64,000 bases of DNA from Acidimicrobiales bacterium (lineage in GTDB: Bacteria > Actinomycetota > Acidimicrobiia > Acidimicrobiales > RAAP-2), in assembly GCA_036513075.1 (NCBI GenBank), contig DATBZS010000042.1, positions 261 to 64,260 of the forward strand, given 5' to 3'. The notes beneath the pieces are model-generated. The model was not told the DNA's origin. It worked only from the letters and a program-made list of their open reading frames with translations, and ran no database searches. Below, piece by piece: positions 35,431 through 45,770 of the stretch; the first letter of the stretch is position 1, and each line of letters starts with the position of its first letter. The translations under genes were made by a program, and so were the position numbers.

Positions 35431-35443
35431 ATAGTCTAACTAT
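35431..35443. promoter_or_regulatory. Short palindrome abutting the marR start codon
   Basis: 'atagt'-cta-'actat' ends 1 nt before GTG 35444, in a locally AT-richer stretch. It is too short to be strong evidence alone. Confidence 0.3.
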
Positions 35444-35910
35444 GTGAATCCCGAACGAACGCCCTCTGCCACCGCGGTCCACGACGACCGCCGCACGCTG
35501 GGTCGCACCGCCGCGTGGCTGGCCAAGCAGGTGGAGATCGGGCTGGGCACCGTCGACCTGTCACTCCCCCAGTACCGCATCCTCGGCATGCTGGATGAGA
35601 GCTCGGCCGTCTCCTCGGACCTTGCCGAGCGCCTGGCCGTCCGGCCTCCCACCATCACCGCCGTGGTGGACGGCCTGGTGGTGAAGGGCCTGGTCGAGCG
35701 GCGCACCGTCGAAGGCGACCGTCGCCGGGTCGACCACGTCCTGACGGCCGAGGGCCACCGGGTATTGGACGCTGCCGACACCGCCATCGACACCCGCCTC
35801 CACGACATCACCGACGTCCTGGGCGACCCGCTCGTCACCGAGGAGGCGTTCCGTGGCCTCGAGCGGTGGCGCCAGGCGCTCGTCGCCTACCGCAAGGTCC
35901 GGTGGGGCCG

Positions 35911-35914
<4 letters not shown>
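35444..35914 (+). CDS. MarR-family transcriptional regulator
   Basis: The winged HTH is 'LPQYRILGMLDESSAVSSDLAERLAVRPPTITAVVDGLVVKGLVERR...DRRRV'. The stop overlaps the ABC gene start (ATGA at 35911-35914). Confidence 0.85.
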
Positions 35915-37853
<1,939 letters not shown>

Positions 37854-37857
<4 letters not shown>

Positions 37858-39803
37858 CGTGGGGCGGAGGCACGGGCGGCGGCCTCGGTGGCGCACCGGG
37901 TGGCTTCGGCCGGCCGGCAGCTCCCGGGCTCCCCTTTGCGGGGATCCCCTCGGAGCTGCAGGACGGGGTCGACCGTCTCGTGGCCAGCGAGCCCGAGTAC
38001 GAGACGCCGGACATCACGTTCGAACAGAACGCCAACGAGGACGAGCTGAAGCGGCTGACCCTGTGGAGCCTCCTCACCAAGTACCCGTGGATGCTGGCGC
38101 TGGCCGGGCTGCTGGTGGTCGTCATCTCGGTCGCCGGCCAGGTCGGCCCCCTTTTGACCGAGTACGCCATCAACGACGGCATGACCAAGCCGCACCACCT
38201 CGACTTCGGCGTCGTCGTGGCCATGGCGATCGCCTACCTGGTATTCATCGCCGTCACCGCCACGGCCCAGCGCTACCAGGTGAAGGCGACGGGGCGGCTT
38301 GCCGCCTGGGTCATGAACGACTTGCGGGTCAAGGTGTTCGCCCACCTCCAGCGCCTGTCGCTCGGCTTCTTCACCGAGGAGAAGGCCGGCGTGGTCATGA
38401 GCCGCATGACCAGCGACATCGAGAACCTCCAACAGCTGTTGCAGGACGGGCTCTCCCAGCTGGCCATCCAGGCGCTGACCATGGTGGTCATCACGATCAT
38501 CCTGTTCGTCACCAACGTGCTGTTGGCCTTCATCACTGTCGTGCTGATCGTGCCGGCCCTGGTCGGGGCCTCGATCTGGTTCAAACGGGCCTCGGAGCGG
38601 GGGTACGACGGGGTGCGCGACGGGATCGCCAATGTGTTGGCCGACCTGTCCGAAAGCCTCCACGGCGTCCGCATCGTGACCGCCCACAACCGCCAGCGCA
38701 ACAACGTGATCCACCACCGCAACGTGGTGGGTGACTACCGGGACGCCAACAACTACACGGCCCACGTGAACGCCATCTACGGGCCGGGCACCCAGATGCT
38801 GGGCTTCCTCGGCCAAGCCGTCATGCTGGCCATCGGCGGCACCATGGTGGCCCACCACACCCTCACCGTGGGCGCCCTGATCGCCTTCTTCTTGTACCTG
38901 AACCGGTTCTTCCAGCCCATCCAGCTCCTGGTGCAGCAGTACAACACGTACCAGCAGGGCCAGGCCTCGGTGAACAAGCTGCGCAACCTGTGCGACACCG
39001 AGCCCGAAGTTCGCGAGGCCATCGACGCCACCGAGCTCCCGGCAATCGAAGGAGCCATCGGCTTCGAGCACGTGTCGTTCGCCTACATCCCGGGCCGAAC
39101 CGTGCTCGAGGACGTCGACCTGACCGTGGCCCCGGGCGAGACGGTGGCCTTCGTCGGGCCGACCGGGGCCGGCAAGTCGACGATGGCCAAGTTGGTCACG
39201 CGCTTCTACGACCCGACCGAGGGTCGGGTCACCATCGACGGCCACGATCTCCGTGACGTCACCATGCGCTCGCTTCGGAGCCAGCTGGGCGTCGTGCCCC
39301 AGGAGCCGTTCCTGTTCGCCGGGACCATCGGCGACAACATTGCCTTTGCCCGCCCGGACGCCTCCGACGACGAGATCCACGAGGCGGTGGACCGGGTCGG
39401 CCTCACGGACGTCATCGACCGGATGCCGGCCGGCCTCGACACCGTCGTACACGAGCGGGGCCAGACCCTCTCGTCGGGCGAGCGTCAGCTCATCGCCCTT
39501 GCCCGGGCCTTCCTTGCCCATCCCCGGGTCCTGGTGCTCGACGAGGCGACGTCGAACCTCGACCTCCAGTCGGAGACGAAGATCGAGACCGCCCTCGATG
39601 TCCTGCTCGAGAATCGCACGGCCATCCTCATCGCCCACCGGCTGTCCACGGCCATGCGAGCCGACCGGATCGCGGTGGTGGACGAGGGTCGCATCATCGA
39701 GGTGGGTAGCCATGACGAGTTGGTGGCCCAGGGCGGCCGCTACGCCGAGATGTACGAGACCTGGGTCAGCCAGTCCGACGCGGCCAGTCACTCCCTCGCC
39801 TAA
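37854..39803 (+). CDS. ABC exporter, fused permease/ATPase (subunit 2)
   Basis: ATG 37854 overlaps the upstream stop. Walker A 'GPTGAGKST', signature 'LSSGERQLIALARA', Walker B 'VLVLDEATSNLD'. Confidence 0.9.
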
Positions 39804-40382
39804 TCAGGGGCGACGACCGGCCAGGTCGAGGAGGCGGTCCTTGACGGTGGCGTCGTCGCCCACTGCGCCCGATGGGCCGGACCCGAACATCCCGGTGTCA
39901 CCGATGAACGGCGCCATGGGAGCCAGGCTCACGTAGACGTCAGCGGCCAGGTCGTCGGCTATGCCGTCGTCGATACCGAATGCGGTAGCCAGATCCCACG
40001 CGTGCAACGTGAGGTCACTGGTCCGGAACCCGAGGAGCCGCGACGCCGGCATGTCGCCCACGACGTGGTGAACCGCCGCGTCCCAGTCGGAGACAATGTT
40101 GACCCGATCGAGTTGGACGTCGACGGACTCCCGGCACACGTCGACGATGTCGTCACCGAACGTCTGGCCCCAGAACTCCTTGGCCTCGTCCGCGCTGGCC
40201 CCGTCGAGGAGCGCTACAGCCATATGGCTGCCGACGATGACGTGGGCGAGCAGCTCCCGGACGTCCCACTCCTCGCACGGCGTGGCTGCACCGAGCTGGT
40301 CGGACGGGACCTGGTCGAGTACGGCGACGAAGGTCGACGATGCGGCGGCAATGGCGTCGAGAGGCTCCATGACGGGTTCCAT
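39804..40382 (-). CDS. DinB/mycothiol-maleylpyruvate-isomerase-N-like protein (TIGR03086-like)
   Basis: 192 aa. 'QLGAATPCEEWDVRELLAHVI' is the typical N-terminal helix pair of this actinobacterial family. Called from memory of the family pattern. Confidence 0.7.
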   Translation of the reverse strand: MEPVMEPLDAIAAASSTFVAVLDQVPSDQLGAATPCEEWDVRELLAHVIVGSHMAVALLDGASADEAKEFWGQTFGDDIVDVCRESVDVQLDRVNIVSDWDAAVHHVVGDMPASRLLGFRTSDLTLHAWDLATAFGIDDGIADDLAADVYVSLAPMAPFIGDTGMFGSGPSGAVGDDATVKDRLLDLAGRRP

Positions 40383-40865
40383 CTCCCGAACCTAACGTGG
40401 CTCTTCGTGTTGAACTGGGAAGTGTGTTGCAGGGAGGTCTCCAGTCTCCCGAACTACTGCGGGACCAGCTGACCAAGACCTGACCCGTGATCGCGAACGT
40501 TGCTGCGCCCGGAATGGCACGTTCGGGTTAGGCAGTGGCCGCCACCGCGAAGCGAATTGTAGCGACGTTTGCGGCGGCCGACCTGGTTCCATCCAGGCAC
40601 TTGTCCCCGAGCTGAGGGTCATTCAGCAGTTCATCGGCCGTCAATCCGCCGTCCCTCATGCAACCTGCTGCGTCGGCTGGCGTTAACCAGAATCGCAGTT
40701 CCTCTCCCCCTGCCGCCATGACCCTCCGGCCGACACGCCCACACTGGCTGCCGGCTTTCATTTCGAACCCCACATCGACGTTGACGGCCAGCCGGACTCA
40801 GCACCGTCAACAGCCCGAACAGTTTCACCTGCACGACCGTCTGTGGTGGTCGCGGGCAGCCCGCC

Positions 40866-41453
40866 TCAGCCGGTGAACTTGGGCGATCCGGACACCGGTG
40901 TTGCCGGGGGAGCGGTCTGAGTCGCGGCGACCGTGGCCGTCGGCGAGGTGGTCGTGGTGGGAGTCGTGGTCGCGCTGGGAGTCGTAGTCGTGGTCGTGGT
41001 GGTAGTGGGAGCGACCGACCCCGCGACGGTCACGATCACTGCATTACTCAGATAGGTATTCCCACCGCCGGTGCACGACGCCTGAACGCTAGCGGTATTG
41101 CCGCTGACGCTGGTCGGCTGGGCGTCGGCGGGGATGGTCACCGGACCGGTCAAGTCGCCGTTGCCGTCCGAAGTTCCGAGGGTCGTCTGGGAACTTGCAG
41201 TGCTCCCCGAGTTCGTGGTGTAGGTCACGGTCACGGTGATGGACACGGAGTCGCAGTTGTCACTACTGAAGGGCGATGTGGAGTACTGCCCGTTGGCGGT
41301 GACGCTCACCGCCTGGCCCGGATCCTGCGAGATTGGGCTGACGGAGATGAAGTAGGCCTGGGTAACTGTGGCCGCTGAGGAAACTCCGGAGAATCCGACC
41401 GCCAGGCCAACCGCAATGACCGGAACCGCCAAGACTTTCAATGCTCGCGCCAC
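40866..41453 (-). CDS. Secreted protein with Thr/Pro-rich C-terminal tail, function unknown
   Basis: Track ORF 40866..41645 trimmed to the GTG at 41451-41453, which has a perfect AGGAGG 6 nt upstream. The signal peptide is 'VARALKVLAVPVIAVGLAVGFSGVSSAATV'. A ~120-aa domain with two Cys follows. The tail is 'APTTTTTTTTTPSATTTPTTTTSPTAT...'. Confidence 0.6.
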   Translation of the reverse strand: MARALKVLAVPVIAVGLAVGFSGVSSAATVTQAYFISVSPISQDPGQAVSVTANGQYSTSPFSSDNCDSVSITVTVTYTTNSGSTASSQTTLGTSDGNGDLTGPVTIPADAQPTSVSGNTASVQASCTGGGNTYLSNAVIVTVAGSVAPTTTTTTTTTPSATTTPTTTTSPTATVAATQTAPPATPVSGSPKFTG

Positions 41454-41640
41454 TTGTGACCTCCTGTTATATGTCAAAGGATTGCGGGAGAGGCTACCAG
41501 TTCGCCTACCAGCTGCGACTGATGTCATCAAAGAACCACGAGGTGAGCTCGACGACCGGTGGAACGACGGGCAGACCTGTCCAGCCGACAGCGCCCAACC
41601 TGGATGCCACCTCGCCGCGTCCTCGCCGATGACCTGACCG

Positions 41641-41658
41641 GCCATGCCCCGGCATGGC
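41641..41658. promoter_or_regulatory. 8-bp-arm inverted repeat upstream of the L,D-transpeptidase gene
   Basis: 'gccatgcc'-cc-'ggcatggc', 52 nt upstream of ATG 41710. Confidence 0.3.
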
Positions 41659-41709
41659 GGCGGGGCCGCTCACTTGGCCGAAGGTCCGCTGGACGGCGAT
41701 AATCCGTCG

Positions 41710-42519
41710 ATGCGCTTACACCGCCAGGCATCGGTCCGGATCAGCGGAATGCTCGTCCTCCTGGTGGTTCTGGCGGGGTGTTCGGGCCAGGTGAGGGACG
41801 GGACCTTCGGGTCGTCGATCTCGACCCGGCCGGCAGTCAATCACGTGCCCTCCCCCGCGAGCACCCCCACGTCGGTCAACTCACTTGGGCGGGCACCTGG
41901 TACGACGCTGGTGGCGGAACCTTCGGGATCGACGGTCGCCATCTATGACTCACCAAACGGTTCCCAACCGGTGTCGGTGCTGGCGAATCCGTGGCTCTTG
42001 AATGGGGTGTCCGATCAGCCCATCCCCCAAGTCCTCTTGGTCCTGGGAACCTCGGACCACGGGTGGGTCAAGATCCAACTGCCGAGCCGACCCAACGGCA
42101 GCATCGGCTGGCTCCGCCCCGGAGCCGCCCGACTGCTGGTGAACCACTACCGGATCGAGGTGACGCAGCACCTCCACCTCATCGTGGTGTTGAAGGACGG
42201 CACCCCGATCTTCACCGGCCCGGTGGCCATCGGTGCGCCGGCAACGCCCACGCCAGTGGGCCTCTTCTACATTCGGGTGCTGTTGCACACCACCGACCCG
42301 GGCAGCGTTTACGGCCCCTACGCCTACGGCCTTTCCGCACACTCCGAGGCGCTGACCACGTTCGACGGTGGCGACGCCGAGATCGGCATCCATGGCAACG
42401 ACGACGCGTCGGTGCTCGGCCAATCCGTCTCGCACGGTTGCATTCGGATGGACAATCAGGAGATCACACAACTCGCCCAGATCCTTCCTCTGGGCACACC
42501 GGTCGAGATCAGCGCCTGA
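41710..42519 (+). CDS. L,D-transpeptidase (YkuD domain) lipoprotein
   Basis: Trimmed to ATG 41710 ('MRLHRQASVRISGMLVLLVVLAGCSG', lipobox LAGC). The catalytic motif is 'SHGCIRM', preceded by 'IGIHGN'. Confidence 0.85.
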   Translation: MRLHRQASVRISGMLVLLVVLAGCSGQVRDGTFGSSISTRPAVNHVPSPASTPTSVNSLGRAPGTTLVAEPSGSTVAIYDSPNGSQPVSVLANPWLLNGVSDQPIPQVLLVLGTSDHGWVKIQLPSRPNGSIGWLRPGAARLLVNHYRIEVTQHLHLIVVLKDGTPIFTGPVAIGAPATPTPVGLFYIRVLLHTTDPGSVYGPYAYGLSAHSEALTTFDGGDAEIGIHGNDDASVLGQSVSHGCIRMDNQEITQLAQILPLGTPVEISA

Positions 42520-43019
42520 ACGGCACGGCAAGTGCGTCAACGAAACTTCGGACGTGAGCGTGGTCTGGGGAGACTCGTAGTCGGACCGGGAAACACGCCC
42601 CTGACCGCCAATGACGGGGCACTCTCTCGACGTAGCTGCGTATGCCGCCGGAGAAGCCTCACCCTCCGGCAGAAAAGGGGCAAGGTCGCTCGCTCTTGCC
42701 TGGAACCGTCAGGAGGCGGCGAAGCACCACGTGCCGAACTGCCGCACCATCACTCGCCAAAACGGCTTCCTCTGCCGATGGACCCATCCATGGACACGGA
42801 TCCCTGGCCGAGCTACCTAGGGCAAGAGTGTTGTCAGTGGTCGGCATCATCGTTCTCCAACCCGGAGCGTTACACGGCATCAGCCTAAATCGTGGTCAGG
42901 ATCACTCCGATGACGAATTCCGTCCTCGCTAGCGGGGATCGGGGCGAAATCAAACTGAGGTATCCCCTAGCAATCCCGGCTGCGGGTCGCGCAATCCTTC
43001 CCGGTGGATCATCGGCGAC

Positions 43020-43538
43020 CGGGCGGCGCTGGCCCTCCCCCGGTCCCGCCGCTTCGCCATCCTCACCTGCATGGATGCCCGGCTCGACCCGGCCGGCTAC
43101 GCCGGCCTGCGTGACGGCGACGCCCACGTCATCCGCAACGCCGGCGGCTGGGCCAGCGACGACGCCATCCGGTCATTGGTGATCTCCTACAAGCTCCTCG
43201 GTACCCGGGAGTGGTTCGTCATCCATCACACCAACTGCGGCATGGAGTTCTTCACCGACGAACAGATGCGCGACCTGCTGGCCTCCAGCCTCGAGACGGC
43301 GGAGCTCGGCGCGGACGGCTTCTCTGACGTGGGGACGGGCCCCCGCTCGGCCGAGGCCCGTTACATCGATTGGCTGACCATCGACGACAGCGCCCGCGCG
43401 GTGGTGGAGGACGCGGCCCGGATTCGGGCCCACCCGCTGGTGCCCGGTTCGATCCCTGTCTACGGCTACCTCTACGACATCACCACCGGTCGCCTGGCGG
43501 AGGTCGGTGAGGCGACCAAGTCCGGCCTGCCCGTCTGA
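43020..43538 (+). pseudogene. Beta-class carbonic anhydrase (small actinobacterial CanA-like type) with decayed 5' end
   Basis: Homology ('[34 protein letters not shown]...VIHHTNCGM') starts upstream of the first ATG (43071). That ATG is the Met of the C-M-D-A-R zinc motif. Between the in-frame stop at 42930-42932 and 43071 there is no ATG, GTG or TTG. Translation from 43071 would lack the first Cys zinc ligand. Confidence 0.55.
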
Positions 43539-43553
43539 CCCGGTAGGAACTTG

Positions 43554-44957
43554 TCAGCTGTAGGTCGGGTAGCGGTGGGCCCAGGGGTCGGCCCCTTCGA
43601 GCTGGGACGCCACCCGAATCAACTGGGCGTCACGGAACGCTCCGGCCACCAGCTGCACGCCGATCGGCAGCCCCGATGACGACACGTGCAGTGGCAGGCT
43701 GACGGCGGGCTGTCCGGTGATGTTGAACAGGGCCGTGAAGGCGGCCATCGACACGATCTCCATGGGCGGGAAATCGGGCTGGGCATGGACCTGGGCGAGC
43801 AGTCCCACCGGCGGCGGCTCGATGGCCATCGTCGGGGTCAACAGCAGGTCGAACTCGTCGTCGAACCGGGCGAGCAGGCCCCGGGTCTGGTGCTGCAGGT
43901 TGGCCAGCGAGTTGGCGAAGGTGAGGCTGTCGAGGGCCCGGCCGGCGGCAAAGGAGACCTGGTTGTGGGGCTCCATGTCCGCCGGATCGATGTCGAGATG
44001 AGCAGCGAATCCGGAGTTCATCAGGTGCAGGAAGTAGCCGAGGTCCGCCGGGTCGAACAGGTCGCCCTCCAGGGTCACGACGTGGTGGCCTAGCGACTCG
44101 AGCAGCTTGGCGGCGTGGTCGACGGCGGCCCTGGCCTCCGGGGCGACTTCGACACCGAGGGCGGAGACGGTGTTGACGGCCACCCGCAGTCGGCCGGGAT
44201 CGGCCCCGACCTCCTCGGTGAACGGCCGCACCTTGTCCGGCGGGCTCCACCAGGCCAACGGGTCGGGCGTGCTGATGACCTCGAGGATGGCGGCGCTGTC
44301 GGCCACCGTGCGGGTGACCACCCCTTCGACCGACAGTCCGGACCAGCTCGGGACCGTTTCGGCCACCCGTCCGCGACTGGGCTTGTGGCCCACCAGTCCG
44401 CAACACGACGCCGGAATGCGGATCGACCCCCCGCCGTCGCTGGCGTTGGCCGCCGGGAACATGCCCGAGGCGACAGCCGAGGCAGCGCCACCGCTCGATC
44501 CGCCGGGAGTGAAGCCGGTGTTCCACGGGTTGCGGGTGATCCCGAACCGGTTGTTCTCGGTCACGCTGACCGAGCCGAATTCCGGCGTGTTGGTGCGCCC
44601 GCAGAGGATGAACCCCGCGTCGACGAATGCCGTGGCTACCAGCTCCGAGCGCTCGGCCGGTGTATCGGCCGCGCCCTCGGAGCCGTAGGTGACGGGCTGG
44701 CCGGCTACCGGCAGGAGGTCCTTGATCGGGAGCGGAACCCCGGCGAACGGCGGGAGGTCGGTGTCGCCCGCCACGATGCGGTCTCCCAGCGCCTTCGCCT
44801 CGGCACGGGCGCCCTCGTCGTTGCGCCAGATCACCGCGTTGAGTTCGGAGTCACGAGCGTCGATCCGGGCCAGTGTGGCTTCCAGGACCTCCAGCGGGCT
44901 CACCTCCTTGGCCCGGATTGCGGCGGCGGTGTCGATGGCAGAAGCGTGCTCGTCCAT
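43554..44957 (-). CDS. Amidase (amidase-signature family)
   Basis: Trimmed to the ATG at 44955-44957 ('MDEHASAIDTAAAIRAKEVSPLEV'). 'GGSSGGAASAVA' and 'GGSIRIPA' are the AS-family blocks. Confidence 0.9.
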   Translation of the reverse strand: MDEHASAIDTAAAIRAKEVSPLEVLEATLARIDARDSELNAVIWRNDEGARAEAKALGDRIVAGDTDLPPFAGVPLPIKDLLPVAGQPVTYGSEGAADTPAERSELVATAFVDAGFILCGRTNTPEFGSVSVTENNRFGITRNPWNTGFTPGGSSGGAASAVASGMFPAANASDGGGSIRIPASCCGLVGHKPSRGRVAETVPSWSGLSVEGVVTRTVADSAAILEVISTPDPLAWWSPPDKVRPFTEEVGADPGRLRVAVNTVSALGVEVAPEARAAVDHAAKLLESLGHHVVTLEGDLFDPADLGYFLHLMNSGFAAHLDIDPADMEPHNQVSFAAGRALDSLTFANSLANLQHQTRGLLARFDDEFDLLLTPTMAIEPPPVGLLAQVHAQPDFPPMEIVSMAAFTALFNITGQPAVSLPLHVSSSGLPIGVQLVAGAFRDAQLIRVASQLEGADPWAHRYPTYS

Positions 44958-45035
44958 TGGCGCACTGTAGGCCAGCGCCCGCGCCGGCAGCCGGTCGGGT
45001 TCACCCCGCACCCCGCCCATGTGGCACGGTGGGCC

Positions 45036-45767
45036 ATGGTCGCCTACGAGCGCTTCGCCGCCTTCTACGACGTCGTCATGGACGACCCGGGACCACGGGC
45101 GGCCCGGGTCAACGCAGTCATCGACTCCTATCGGCCCGATGCCGTGTCACTCCTGGAGCTCGGCTGCGGGACAGGGTCGATCCTCGCCCGGCTCGACACA
45201 CCGGCCCAGCTGACCGGGCTCGACCAATCACCCGAGATGCTGGCCGTTGCCGCAACCAAAGTGCCCGGCGCGCAGCTCGTCGCAGGCGACATGTCCTCGT
45301 TCGACCTGGGCCGCCGGTTCGATGTGATCGTCTGCGTGTTCGACTCGATCAACCATCTCCTCGCCGTGGGCTCGTGGGCCTCGATGTTCGCCTGTGTGCA
45401 CGCGCACTTGACGACCGGCGGGCTGTTCGTGCTCGACGTGAACACGGTGGGCGAGCTGCACCGCCTGGGCGACGAGCAGCCCTGGATCTACGACTTCGAA
45501 GGAGGCACGGCCGTCATCGACGTGACGTTCGCGCTCGACCCGGACGGACACGGGATGACCGACTGGGACATCCGGATCTTCGAGCGGATCACCGACACCC
45601 GGTTCGAGCTCCACCACGAGTGCATCGGCGAGCTCGGCCTGCCGCTCGAGCGGGTGCGCGCGCTGTTGTCGGGTTGGTTCAAGCTCCTGGAGGAGGTCGA
45701 CGAGGACGGGCTCCCGGCAACGGATGCCTCGGTCAAGGCCTACTACGCCGTCCGACGGACCGACTGA
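45036..45767 (+). CDS. Class I SAM-dependent methyltransferase
   Basis: Last 243 aa of track ORF 44115..45767 (ATG 45036; an in-frame GTG at 45021 is possible). Motif I is 'LLELGCGTGS'. 'DVIVCVFDSINHL' follows. Confidence 0.85.
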   Translation: MVAYERFAAFYDVVMDDPGPRAARVNAVIDSYRPDAVSLLELGCGTGSILARLDTPAQLTGLDQSPEMLAVAATKVPGAQLVAGDMSSFDLGRRFDVIVCVFDSINHLLAVGSWASMFACVHAHLTTGGLFVLDVNTVGELHRLGDEQPWIYDFEGGTAVIDVTFALDPDGHGMTDWDIRIFERITDTRFELHHECIGELGLPLERVRALLSGWFKLLEEVDEDGLPATDASVKAYYAVRRTD

Positions 45768-45770
45768 ACC

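Noticed and set aside
40528-40773. 81-aa minus-strand ORF as a real small gene
   Set aside because: No RBS, no recognisable family, no hydrophobic segment. Kept only as a pointer within the unassigned-region finding.
42520-42990. tmRNA, RNase P RNA, or a glycine/TPP/c-di-AMP riboswitch in the structured intergenic region
   Set aside because: I compared both strands with the cores I remember. There is no 'GAGGAAAGUCCGG' or 'GGUGCGGUAAGAGCGCACC'-type RNase P blocks. There is no tRNA-like 'GGUUCGAUUCC' T-arm, no acceptor pairing, and no ...YALAA-stop tag frame for tmRNA. Riboswitch-like fragments (AAGGGGCAA, UCAGG, CUGAGG) are not in the right order or context. The identity is left open rather than named.
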